DNA of 64,000 bases. Origin: Antedon mediterranea. Its lineage: Eukaryota; Animalia; Echinodermata. This document shows, piece by piece, positions 50,501-62,936 of the stretch. Where the stretch lies: positions 5,270,001-5,334,000 of the forward strand of contig NC_092672.1 of NCBI RefSeq assembly GCF_964355755.1, given 5' to 3'. The position numbers and the translations under genes are program-made. How positions within the stretch are numbered: position 1 is the stretch's first letter; each line of letters begins with the position of its first letter. Below the pieces are notes generated by a model. That model had not been told where the DNA came from. It did no database searches and saw only the letters and a list, made by a program, of their open reading frames with translations.

Positions 50501-53500
50501 TTCTTGCTCCGATTGAGATTCACCATCAGATGGTTCGTCTTGCTCAGATGCGTTAGACTGGTCACCCGACTCAGTTGATGTATCAACAGATTCAGGTGCC
50601 GAATCTTTATTAGATGGTTCATCTGGCTCTGTTTGTGAATCATTGTTAGAGGTAATCTCTTGCTGCGATTGAGATTCGCCATCAGATTGTTCATCTGGCT
50701 CTGTTTGCGAATCATTGTTAGAGGGAATGTCTTGCTGCGATTGAGATTCGCCATCAGATTGTTCATCTGGCTCTGTTTGCGAATCATTGTTAGAGGGACT
50801 CTCTTGCTGCGATTGCGATTCGCCATCAGATTGTTCATCTGGCTCTGTTTGCGAATCATTGTTAGAGGGACTCTCTTGCTGCGATTGAGATTCGCCATCA
50901 GATTGTTCATCTGGCTCTGTTTGCGAATCATTGTTAGAGGGACTCTCTTGCTGCGATTGAGATTCGCCATCAGATGGTTCATCTGGCTCTGTTTGCGAAT
51001 TATTGTTAGAGGAACTCTCTTGCTCCGATTGAGATTCGCCATCAGATGGTTCATCTGACCCTGTTGGCGAATTATTGTTGGAGGAACTCTCTTGCTCCGA
51101 CGATGACGAAGATGAATGATGATAACCGTAGTAGTTGTAGTAGTTGTAGTTGTAGTAGTCATTATAATATGATGACGAGTAGATATCTGTTAAAAATGTT
51201 AACTGTTAATCTGGCTGTATTTAGTGTTTTTAACTGTCCACCTTATACAGTCGTTCTGATAACTATAGAAACCCAGGAGTGTCCCTTGAATAGGGGTGTC
51301 ACAATGGACGGGTTATTTATACACAGACTGTATTACCTCTTGTTCATTTCACGAGAAACTGTCCCCTTAGTATAGGTATCCCAGAAAGTTTCATACAGAA
51401 ATATAAACAAATACTCGTTTAGTCTAAACAATATCATGGTATATAATATATTAATTGATACAGTAGAAAATAGATAAACATAAATAGAAAAGAGTAAAGC
51501 CAGTATACATATTTATATTAATCAGAATCCATCCACTTTAAATCAAGACTTTGTATTTCAGCAATGAAAGAAAGATTGTATTGTTAAGAGCAATAATTGT
51601 GTTATTTTATTTTCGTCACGTGTCTGAACAACAAAAATATTGTATTTTTTTTCGCAGAATCATCATTGTATTTGCTACAGAAATAGAGATTATTATCAAC
51701 AATCATTTTAAGGTAGGTATAACTCATGTTTTTGTAAATAGTTTAGAAAGTTTTAAATTAGTAATTACTTCGCTACGTCGTTCGTAAAATATTTAAAACG
51801 AATAACCAGTAAAATAACTTACAGTAATCTCCGTTACAATCGGCTTCGTCTGACGCGTCGTCGCAATCGTCGTAGCGGTCGCATTTCCACCCTCGCGGAA
51901 GACACACTTGGTCACTCACGCAGATAAAACCCCTACACTCTGGAATTGAATTTTTTATGTTACAATTCGTAATTATATTAAAATCATTATCATCATCATC
52001 TATTATTTGAGTCAGCTTCCTCTCTTACAAGGGGTTACTGACTGTAACTCGTTCCAAGCTGCTACACCATCTCTCTACTTCTTCCTGTCTTGCCCATCAT
52101 GTTCCTCCAAACCAACTTTCCTGCTTTTCTTCTTTACCATATTTTTCAACGTGGTCTTTCTGTTCTACCTCCAAATTCAAAATGTCTCTTTACTGGTTCA
52201 TATTTTCTTGGAGTCTTAGATTATCAGTATTATTAAAGTAGTGTCAGGAGTGTACAGTAGCTGAGTAAGATTGGTTAAATTTGAGAAAGGTTGGGAGAAA
52301 GAAAACTTACCACAGTCAACCTCATCAGAATTGTCACCGCAATCCGAGTATGCATCACATTCCCAGTTTTGCGGGATACATTGCCAACCGTTCGCACAAG
52401 CAAATTCATAAGGTTGACACGCATCAAAGTATAGGCCTAACCCGTATGAATCTTTTCGAGAAAAAAAAATAACAATTGCATTTAATAAGTCACAAAAACG
52501 TCCCAAACAGCACTATCTACACTTTCATAATATCGATTTAAAACCAGATATTATGATATTTTTTTTGCATTGATTTTAACTATAAGTTTTCGTGTAGTAG
52601 ACGACCTAGAACTTGTCATTCTCCCTTAATTTGTTTATTCTACGTTCCTTGTACAAATACTAGTACTAGTATTTATATATAAACACTTCTAGACTAAATG
52701 TTAATTTGATTTTCCTAACGTACAAACTGAAGCCCAGTTTCACTTGGCAAACGTTATCAAATGTTGGAATCGAGTTTGCTAGTGTATTCCATCTAACTTG
52801 CTTTCTGGTAGTTTTTCAAGATTTGCCAACTGCTCTACACTAACTTTGAAAACTATTCTTGGAAATTTTTTTGGAAAACTCGGAGAATACTCGAGTTTCT
52901 AAAGAAACGCCAATGCCAGTGTAGATTTCTGCAAATTTGTTTTTGGTAGTTTCCGAAGTTTGTCAACTGGTCTACACAAACTTTGGAAAACGTTTCTTGA
53001 AAAACTTTCAAGTTTGCAAACAAACGTTTGTCAGTGTAGGATTCTACACACTTGTTTCCTGGTAGTTATCCGAAGTTTGTCAATACAACTGGTCAACTAG
53101 AAAAGTTTTGATAGTTTACTTGAGTTTCAAAACCAAAAGTATGCGAGTGTAGACGGGATTAAGAACGTTAAGAAAGTTTAATGAACACTTACAGGATCCC
53201 CAACAGTCCTGCTCATCGCTACCATCCGAACAGTCTGGTTCGAAGTCGCATACCCAAGACCCTATTATACACTGGTAATTCAAACACTGGAATTCTCCAG
53301 CGGAACACGCTGTTAAAGAAGTGAGAATTCATATTTTTATATATTGTATAACTTATGCTCTGTCTACTTGATCAAACTTGTGTAATGTGCCTAAATATTA
53401 CATCATCGTGTCCATATATGGGCATATCATATTTTTTTTGTCACACAAGGTTTGATAGTGTAGACAGAGCTAGATATTTCATTGTTAATCCATCCATCCA

Positions 53501-56500
53501 TCCATGTACTGTTATCTACTAACTTTATTCAATAGTTATGTGGGAAAGATCATATTATTCCTTAACTTAATTAAAAATATTTTAAATTGACCTTAATTAC
53601 GTTCTCCGTTTCCCTTCTCCTGTTTTCATTCTCTCACACACCACCATCATCATCAGTATTATCACAATCATTTAGAAAATGATGATTTCATTTTACAATG
53701 TTACTAATATTGTTAATCTGCAACATACTGTACGCCAGATGAAAGAAATAATAGACCTATATATTATGTACACTATTCAACCATGTAAGAATTATTTACA
53801 TGTTTATTCCCAGAATCCTATATGTAGTAACTTATTTAAAATAATTATTAAAATAATATTTAACCTGGTGCCAGCGTTGTTATAACAATACAGTTTTCTT
53901 CCAACTCGTCTTCGCCTTTTTTGCAGTCTTTAAATCCATCACATCGATAGCTATTTGGAATACAAGCCCCGTCTTCTGGACACTTCCAACCATCCGTACA
54001 ATCGCCATCTGCAAAGAAAAAATACTGTACAAAAAATACTGTAAAAAAAATACAGTAAAAAAAATATTGTAAAAAAAAAATATTGTAAAAAAAAATAATG
54101 TGAAAAAAAAATACTGTGAAAAAAAATACTGTAAAAAAAAATACTGTAAAAAAAAATGCTGCAAAAAAAAACTGTAAAAAAATACTGTAAAAGAAATACT
54201 GTAAAAAAAATACTTAAAAAAAAAATACTGTAAAAAACCGATTGACTTAACGCGCCACCGATCAGTTGAAGGTTGCCAGATCTTTAGAAAGATTTCAAGT
54301 AATCATTATTATGCTAAAAATGATACATCTATAATATTCAAATTATCCGTATTTTTTTACGCATGCGCATATATTCTTTACGCGCTCTATTATTTCTTTT
54401 GTTTGGTGCATCGTCGCGGAGTAAACAGTTTCTTACCGCATCCAACCTCATCACTACCGTCGGTGCAATCCGTCGTGTTGTCACATACAAGTTTCTTTTC
54501 AATACATCCGCCACGCTCCACACATTTAAATTCTTTTATTTTACATTCTACAAAGAAAAGGGTCATTATAAATTCAGAATGTTGTTATTTATTTTATTAT
54601 ATTTATTAATTATAATTAAACCTAGTTTTTCGGTAATTTATTTCATTAAATATTCTTTTGAGTTTTAAAAACTTTTCTAAAACAAATTAGTAGTTCATTG
54701 TAAATGTCTTTATTCTACATATTCGTATGAAGAATCATTTTACTTTCTAACTTGTCTACCTGACTAACTGAGGCAGGATATAAAAGAATAAATATTCAAA
54801 GGAGTAAAAAAACGAAAACAAGCAACCAAATGTGACATTAGATATTACATTATGTTGCTATTGGTTACAACAGATGTGTTCGTGATGAAAATGAATGACC
54901 TGATATTGAATATCTGCAACAAGAGTTGTCGATGATGATTTCATATAATGAAAAAATATTTTACTAGTTTTTCTACTGTCAATCAAAAGTAGGAAAAATT
55001 AAAAGTGATGCCGTTTTTAAAATATGATCTATACTGGCCATCATACAAAACAAAGATCGCTATACAATAGAATAGTTCAATATAATAACAATTTGACAGG
55101 AAAAGCGTGCTTTTATCTCACCACAATCGTCCTCGTCTTCGCCATCATAACAATCTTTCTGTCGATCACATTTGCGTAAAATATCAATACAAACTCCACT
55201 AGCACTTCCATTTGAACATTTGTATAAGACGTCGCTACGACAGTCTCCTGCCAATGGTTACAATAAAAGAAAATCAATGTTAAATTAGTTGCCACAGTGT
55301 CCATTTAATATGAGTTAAAGTCAACGTAACTTTATTTCTGGACGATTGGCCATTGACCAGGTTAATTCATTGGACACTATTGTATACTTTGTGTTGATAT
55401 AGCATTATATTTCGTCTGTCAGCTGCATATGGCACACGGTCACGTGTGTGCTATTTTAACTGTATACATTGCACTCAGACACTAATATTGACCAATAGAA
55501 ATAAACAGTCTTCGGGCAATTAAAGCCATTTTCAACTCCTCTAATTAAAGACCAAACGATTAAGTCCTTTTCTCTACCCGTTATTAAAACAAATTATGTA
55601 TTCTGTGATTGTTGATTTTAATTAAATACTCCTAATACATTATTAAATATATATTAATGGTTATAGATTATCTGTTGTATCAATTACGAATGACGCCGGC
55701 AAATTGGAATTATTATTGTTTCGTCATTACAAACTTTTTAAATGTTATAGAATGTGAATAACCCAGTCACGATAGGAAAACAAACGCATTACGTCGTCTG
55801 GTGTATGTACGACGCTGATATTATTAGATGTGAGATTCAATGAGGAACACAAATATTCTGGCATAAACTTACACGTATTAAAACTTACCGTAAATACAAC
55901 CCGCCTCATCACTGAAGTCCCGGCAGTGATTGATTCCATCGCAGCGTAAATAGGGCTTGATACAAATTTCCCCAGACCCACAGGAAAAATCGTTTTGTAG
56001 ACAAGGTGCTATGGAAAAAGACAAAAAACATATTAACAAATTAAAATGTGGAAGTATACGATATTTATTTATACAGTGTAATTCCTTTTATTCCTTAAAG
56101 CCCGGTTTCCACTGGAGACGGACGTAAGCGCAATACCTTATTTGACCAATCACAAGCGATGAATAATTCGAACTGTCGCTTTTGATTGGTCAACACGCTT
56201 GCGTTTCGTCTACGTCAAGCTTCAGAGGACACTCAACAAAGTAAGGTTAGCCGTTATAGTGTTAAAACAAAATATACAGTTCAATTCAATTCATTTTTTT
56301 CCTTCAATCCTATTTATTTATTTCCTCAAACACTCAAAAACATGTCTTGCTTTTCACGGATAAAAAAATACAAAAACCATAAAGAGAAGAATCAATCGCA
56401 TCATAAAAATATCACAGTATTTCCCCTCGTTCTTTTTACGGGAAGTGTCCCATAATAGAGGTTCCAATAACATTACGTATTCTTCCTTCTTTATATACAT

Positions 56501-59500
56501 TTTTTGGAGAATTTATCTTCAACATTCCACAATTTATTAATGATCGACATTTAAATATTGTTCCATAATATCAATATAGTTAATGGTCAATAGATATCGG
56601 TAGAATATCGATATGTCGCTTCCTTTTATTTTCTGGACATGCAGTTAATTAACTTAAAGAATATATACTTTAATATTGTGATCTCCATTATTAGCTACAT
56701 ATAATAAAGCAATGAAATTCGATGCATATCAATATTCATTTTACCGGTGTTTTTTGTTTTCCTTTTCAGTCAGGTGTCTTAACTTCAATTAGACAAGATC
56801 GATAGAATACAAAAACAAAAGGCTTGTCTCATTCTGTAACTTAATGTTTGAACAAGAACTTTCGATCTTATTATTATGCTTTTAAGAATATGAAAACAAT
56901 ATCAAATATTTATTTGGGCCACATTTCTTTATTTGTAGACTGCACCACGGTTGAGGATCAATTACATCTTTTGGGTGACAGTTTGCTCTTTATTTGCACG
57001 ATATGTATTGATCAGCAACGAACTATAGTTTAGGTTAAGTGGTTCTTTTTCTATATTAACATTTAATAATACGGTTATGTAACTGCCTTCTGTTCTATAG
57101 TACATAATTTAACTAATAATATAATTGATTATTGTATTTCCACCATGATTACAAAATCGCGACAAAGGCCAACTTCAGTAAAAATGGTTTAATTGATTAC
57201 AATGTTTATACTAGTATTGCAAGACGTGAGCCAATATGATTAAACATGTTACCATACTTTCTCACCAGCTACACAATATATATACTAGTTGATAAATAGT
57301 ATTGATAGCACACTTTATTAAAGAATATAAGGCTCATGATGTTAGCCAACGTGATGAAACTATTATAATGCAAAAGAGCTGTACAAATTACATACAATAA
57401 TTAAGTTATATCTATAGTCAGTACAATCTTGAAATTAAAAAAAAAAAGAAACTTTAGTAGAATTCCGAATGTTTTCTTGAACAAAAAAGTATATATATTG
57501 TTTGAGGATGCATAAACAGTAACCCATGTGGGAGGACGGTTGCCGTCAGCAAACACGAAACTGCGTGGATGTTTATCATCGCTAAACATGATACCACAGT
57601 TGAATCAGTTTGATAATTAGGCTTGGATTAATGAACTATCATATAATTACATATTATGAACAATTACTCAATTTTGTCCGAGCTTTTGTTTGAATTACCA
57701 CCCGCATTTTACGTCATTTTTCTGTTGTAATTTATTGTACATGTATTTTATTATTCTGTGATATAATTAAATATATCAATATATTGCCTTGAGGAGGATG
57801 AGGAAGGGTTAGTGTTATCTGAAAACTCTGTAATGTCGTTCTGGCTGTTTCTATCTATCGTTTTGATTTAATGTCTTGTCTATTTTATTTGTAACTCCAT
57901 TTAGATCCAGTCAGATCACCGATACCCACATAATTGTCATTGTTCTCAAGTAATTTTCCTTTGATAAATATAATGGATTGATTAAATATACGTACCATAG
58001 TAAGGCAAAGTTGTGTCTTTATCAACAATCAACAACTGCCTGTGTTCTGAATTTGCTATCGATGATTTGCGAACCTTGTTGTTATTGCATATTGTCACAC
58101 TTGGAAAGCGCTGCTCAGATCTTGATATTACTTCAATCTGTATGAATAAATAACAATAGCAACAATCAAGTCTAAGATAAGATAAGATAACTTTTATTGA
58201 TCCTTAAAAAAGAAATTCATTGCTCGTCATAAAACAGAAAACACAATAAATAAATTATAGGATAGAACAACCATTCATATAAATACATCTAAAAAGTAAA
58301 AAATAAATTAAGTTATCTTCTTGACTTCCTGTTGTACTGGATGATACCGGAGGGGATAAAGGATTTGGCATATCTATATGTTCTGAGTGGTTGCCTTATA
58401 CATAAAACCCATGTTCAATTCCCGATAAGAACAATTCCCAGTCAATAAGCTGTAAATGATTAGGCCTACCTGGTTGAAAAATACCACAGGAAGGTGGAAG
58501 GTGGCGGGGAAAGGAACTGACCACCCTTACCACATGATACTGAGACTCAGTACAATTCTATTTCCCCTACTTAAGAATGAACACTGGAGTAACGTCTTCT
58601 GGCATGTAGAAACAACTTTGCTCTGTTAACTGTTTCCAATCCTCCACCACTCCACTACTAACTTTCCACTATATAAGATTGAAGACCCATTTGTGTTGGT
58701 GTATATCAATTAAATAACCAAACTTTTGATCACAGCACATTAAAAAAAAGGAAATATTTACCTCCGAAATTTTCCTCTAACAGCTGATAACGTTTACAGA
58801 TACATTTTTTTTTTCACTATGTTGTGATTTCCACCAAATTGTCTTTCAGTATATGAAACGTTCTTTCATCAAAATGCCCATGTGTATACTTAATTTCCCT
58901 AATCTCCCTTCTCCTCCCATCCCCTCCTCCTCTCTCTTCTTCGCCCATCTATATACGTTGCTTTTTGTTTCATTTTATTGTTTACAGACGTGACTTGAGT
59001 ACCAACTTTTGTGTATTTGTTCGATTATATTTATTTATGTCCATAATCGTATAATACTAATGTTTAATTACTTTTTCTAATTCATCACACGTTCAACAGT
59101 AAATTTAGTTGTCAAGAAGTACATGATGCATCGTTTGGTTGTCTTTGTTTTTGACAATGAATCGACAAGGCACTTTCATAACAGTCATACTTATTTTATG
59201 AATATCTATATAAATTAACTTAATAATTTTAGTTATACATACCTTTACGTTGACTGGATAACCAAAGTAAAGAACGGCTAGTGTTGCAACCTGCCATATA
59301 AACATACTAACTCCAATCAAGAATAGAGTTGCCCAAATTGCACGACTGAACAAAGTTGTAGATTTGAAAACATGGGGTAAACCATGGGTACTGCTAACAT
59401 TTTTAGCGAACGATCCAAAAAGCGCGCCAACCGATTCACGGTCATACAACTCTTCTTCGGGTTCCGGCGGCGGTACAGGTAGCATCATCGGAATGTTAGT

Positions 59501-59599
59501 TGATTCGGACTTGATAAACTTTTCCTTTAGTTTCAAGTCGGTCATGCTGGCAGGAGTTGGTGTCCTAACCCAAAAAATACTGTCTGAGTTGGCATCCAT
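44508..59599 (-). CDS. Gene B: DEG/ENaC subunit with 10 LDLa modules and an acidic repeat region in the ectodomain (~1558 aa); paralog of gene A
   Basis: Minus-strand exons: 59599-59243 ([13 protein letters not shown]1), 58137-57996 ([10 protein letters not shown]), 56008-55889, 55247-55122, 54547-54437, 54008-53865, 53309-53193, 52451-52311, 51939-51823, 51186-49501, 49302-49183, 48944-48813, 48723-48604, 48222-47925, 47570-47464 (YGNCFVFN), 47347-47184, 47048-46926, 46789-46684, 46589-46517, 46269-46212 (WPS), 46088-46018, 45288-45213, 44675-44508 ([23 protein letters not shown]). The total is 4677 nt. Many exon lengths equal those of gene A (142, 120, 111, 164, 106, 73, 58, 71, 76). Confidence 0.92.
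44769..44914. mobile_element. MITE family 1 copy with TAA TSD
   Basis: TAA|AGCTCTGTCTACACTATCAAACT...ATAGTGTAGACAGAGCT|TAA. Confidence 0.88.
45031..45177. mobile_element. MITE family 2 (Harbinger-like), most complete copy; others at 48981-49074 and 56097-56222
   Basis: TTA|AAGCTTGGTTCC...GGGAACCAAGCTT|TTA, with inverted interior arms GACGTAACGCAACGCAA..TTGACCAATC / GATTGGTCAA..TTGCGTTGCGTCTACGTC. Confidence 0.8.
45767..45915. mobile_element. MITE family 1 degenerate copy
   Basis: TCTCTGTCTACACT...TGTAGACAGAGA. Confidence 0.7.
49740..51100 (-). repeat. Coding acidic tandem repeats in the 1686-nt exon of gene B
   Basis: 72-nt unit ([24 protein letters not shown]), about 6-7 copies at 50620-51100. 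105-nt unit ([35 protein letters not shown]), about 7 copies at 49760-50495. Followed by RRRR. Confidence 0.9.
52731..53159. mobile_element. Longer Harbinger-like non-autonomous element with internal repeats
   Basis: Degenerate termini AGCCCAGTTTCACTTG / CGAGTGTAGACGGGAT resemble family 1. Internal repeats TCTACACAAACTTTGGAAAA and GGTAGTT..CGAAGTTTGTCAA. Confidence 0.45.
53376..53471. mobile_element. MITE family 1 short copy
   Basis: GCTCTGTCTAC..ATCAAACT / GTTTGATAGTGTAGACAGAGCT. Confidence 0.7.
54017..54237. repeat. (AAAAAATACTGT)n-like minisatellite abutting a gene B splice acceptor
   Basis: About 16 degenerate 12-15 nt units. Confidence 0.85.
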
Positions 59600-59858
59600 G
59601 ACGAAGAGTCCTACACAACAACCATATTATATTGGTTAATTAACTAGATTACGCTTATATGAATGATATTTTTGCACAACTTTTAGCTGTTACGGTTTCG
59701 TATAAAAGTAATTTGAGATTTATTAAAAAAACTGCGACTTAACGGGTATTGCCGTAAAAACAAAATGTAATTACTGCAGGAGAATCATTTTGACATTGTC
59801 ACTAAGCAATAGTTTTGCTGTACATAAACAAATATGTAAATTAGGTCAATATACTTAT

Positions 59859-60009
59859 GTCTATCAAACTTTATGTGACAAAAAAATGTGATGTGCCCAA
59901 ATATGGACATGATGATTTCATATCACTATCATATGTGGGCATACAACTACCATATTTGGGTATATCGCACTTTTTTTTGTCAAACTAGTTTGATAGTGTA
60001 GACAGAGCT
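59859..60009. mobile_element. MITE family 1 copy
   Basis: Core plus right TIR AGTTTGATAGTGTAGACAGAGCT|TTA. Confidence 0.75.
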
Positions 60010-62222
60010 TTATATAAACTATACTAACTATAAACTAAACCCAAACGCTGTAAATCCATATTATTTTATTGGGTACAGATTATGTTAGTTCATGTATGAA
60101 AAAACATCGCCTGTCCAACACGAAAGTCAAAAAGATCCTTTAATAGAGGTCATATCATCGCTTACGGTCTTTAGCTATATATCTTAGCAACTCTATGTCT
60201 GGTCTCATACTATTTTCTTTACGAACCTTTACAAGCAACAAGTAGAATAATCGCCGAAAACATTGATTTTGATATCTAGAATAAACGTGTGACGTTAAAG
60301 CTAAATTATCGCTCACGGCTTTCCTTCGATCAAAGATCAGAAAATCGTTAAAAGAATTGAGAATTTAGAAGACATAGGCCCATTTCAACAGTAACAAATA
60401 AGTAAGATAAAATTATTAGGTTCCTAAAAACGGTTTTATAAGCGCGTCTGCCGATACCCGGTCGTTAGATTTTTTCTGAGAGCTCTTTCTCTACCTTTCA
60501 GTTTGTTTCGTATGTGTTTCAAATACAAATGTGTATTCTGCAAAAACCTTCAACCTACTTCATTCGATATAAACCGGAGTGAAGAAGTGTTTTCCATAGG
60601 AGCTCATTAAAGTTGTTTGCATATTTGTTTTCTTTCTTTTAAACATTAGATGACGAACTGCTCTTTTTTTTATAAATATCTAGGTTGATAACAAAAGCCT
60701 CAGTTTTTTGTTTAACTCTCTTGACTAAGCAAATGATATATAAATACCAACCAAATGTCTAACCAATGTTTTAATTTATTGTTCTATCACTAAAAATGTT
60801 CAATTCAACATACCCAAGTTAATATGACTAATTTGTGATTTCATCTTCTTATCGAGAAATTTAACAATTATCATAATTCATTATCACGGTATAATTTACA
60901 AAAGTTACAATACCACTTACCTCTTTACTACAATAGGTAATCTGTCCCTTAAACTAGGCCTTATAGTACACCAATTGTTTCACAGACAACAATATTGCAA
61001 TAAACTCAAAGAAAATGAGTTGTTAAAATTCGTATTGTGTCTCCTGAGCAACTGCATGTAAGAATCGATTACATCTTATGTGTGTAGTTTTACATTACAC
61101 ATTGCTCCAATACCAGGCCTAACTTACTGCAGTTTCTTATAATACAACGCCACCAACCTGTCTCAAACAGTAATTGCTACAGGAATGTAAATGCGTCGTG
61201 TATATCAGGATGTTTGAGACATGCGCAGAGACGTTCTTATAATTTGGCGAGTTTTCAGCAAAACATTTTTTGTAGGCCTACTATTAGTAACATGGAACAT
61301 GCCTATGGTAAGCTTGCAATTTCTCATACTTAAGGTTTTTGGTAATAATGTGTTATAAAATAAATCAAATATAAAAAGTGTACCGGTTGTGGCTTAAGTA
61401 TAAATATGTTTAAAAAATATAATATTTATAACAAAGTATGATAATAAAAGTGGGACGAACCCACACAAGACAAAAAAAAAGTATATAGGCCTAAATATTG
61501 ACATAATTCCTTTTATTTTAAACAAGGTATCGATATTTTTCTCTTCACCACCAAAGACTGAACACGCTGTTTAGTCCATGTGTAGTTTCTGAACAATTTA
61601 AGCCCTAAATTGTATATCTCCGATTAGTGGTTGCTGAGATATGAGAATTCAAGGTCAAAGGTCAATAATGTTAGAAATAGCACTTCTATTCATTTTTAGA
61701 CAAACTTTTTCAATAAAGTGAATATAAAAACATATATTCTAAAGATTTTGACACCAAAATTAAGTAGGCCTATCTGTGACTAGCGGTTTCCAAGATACAG
61801 AGCACGTTATTAAAAATGGCGGCCATTTTAAATTATGCAAATTAGGCTACTTCCCATTGTCGAAAAATGTCCTAACGTTGATAAATGTGTTCAGTATGGT
61901 CTAAAGAACACATTTCATCAAAAAAAACCTTTTCTTGCAATTTGTGTGAGAAAAGGGTCATTTTTTAGCTAAATCCCATGGACTAGTTACTAAAAGGATT
62001 TTGTGCCATAAAAAATACACGGGTAGTTTTCATCATCACAATTTGGAATCGCGTATATTCTCTCCATAGCAGCAGTAGAAACAAAGAATGTTAATAAATA
62101 CAACAACAAAGCAACATCATGTCAATGAGGACCAATTTGTTTAAAACTTGACAGGAAAAAAAACGCTTACGAAAATAAACAACAATATTTTGATTTAAAT
62201 AGTTACACATTTTGGGATATTT

Positions 62223-62936
62223 TTGTATAATATGGAACAACGGGCCGTAGTAGAAAGAAAACGAAAATGGCGAAAGTCAGAGACGGAGTCAAAGGTCACA
62301 TCTTGCCTGAAAAGTCCCATCCGACTCAAACGATCATGGCGGAAGAATGGTAATGTGATGATGAATACGGACATTGTGAAGAAAGAGAGTAAAACAAACA
62401 TTACGAATGATAATTGTGTGGTAGGCCTAGATTCAACCACGACGGTGCCTGTGGAATGTCATTTTGCTAGGACCGATCGATCGATAGAAAAAGATAAGGC
62501 TAAGAGCAACTTTATGCCGTCGACTCAGTCTGAAATGAAGAATGTTGATTCGTCAAAACACAGACAGAGCATTGCTAGGCATAAACTTCAACCTACACTC
62601 GACAGTGAAGTTAATATCAACATTAAACCAACAACTCCGATTGAACAACCTGAAATAGAAATAGCTGTCGATTGTACGCGACCTGGTCAAAGTATTTTTT
62701 CGAGGCTTGAACCTAAAAGAGACACCTTTAAAATAACCGCACCTGAAACTGTCGAATCTGCGCGGACCGGACAAAGTGTTTTTCATATAGACTTTGATAA
62801 GAGCAACTTTAAGCCAGTTACTATCATTGATAAATCTCAATTAAGTATAATTAAAAGACCTAACCAAGAACTAAATTGTTGCAAAGATTCAACTTCTAAA
62901 CCAAAGGTGGATGAATCGGAAAGAATCGTAATTTAG
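62223..62936 (+). CDS. Hypothetical protein (no recognised domain)
   Basis: A 237-codon open frame in AT-rich DNA. ATG at 62232, basic patch RKRKWRK, weak internal repeats (ARTDRSIEKDKAKSNFMP / ARTGQSVFHIDFDKSNFKP). Confidence 0.4.
   Translation: MYNMEQRAVVERKRKWRKSETESKVTSCLKSPIRLKRSWRKNGNVMMNTDIVKKESKTNITNDNCVVGLDSTTTVPVECHFARTDRSIEKDKAKSNFMPSTQSEMKNVDSSKHRQSIARHKLQPTLDSEVNINIKPTTPIEQPEIEIAVDCTRPGQSIFSRLEPKRDTFKITAPETVESARTGQSVFHIDFDKSNFKPVTIIDKSQLSIIKRPNQELNCCKDSTSKPKVDESERIVI

Noticed and set aside
49677-51162. Plus-strand ORFs 49677-50516, 49771-50556, 50660-51058 and minus ORF 50485-51162
   Set aside because: Shadow frames of the gene B repeat exon. The spliced frame is the minus-strand one ending ...RRRRFADD...VSP.
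53880-54164. Phe-rich membrane protein ORF
   Set aside because: Translation of the (AAAAAATACTGT)n repeat plus an off-frame LDLa exon.
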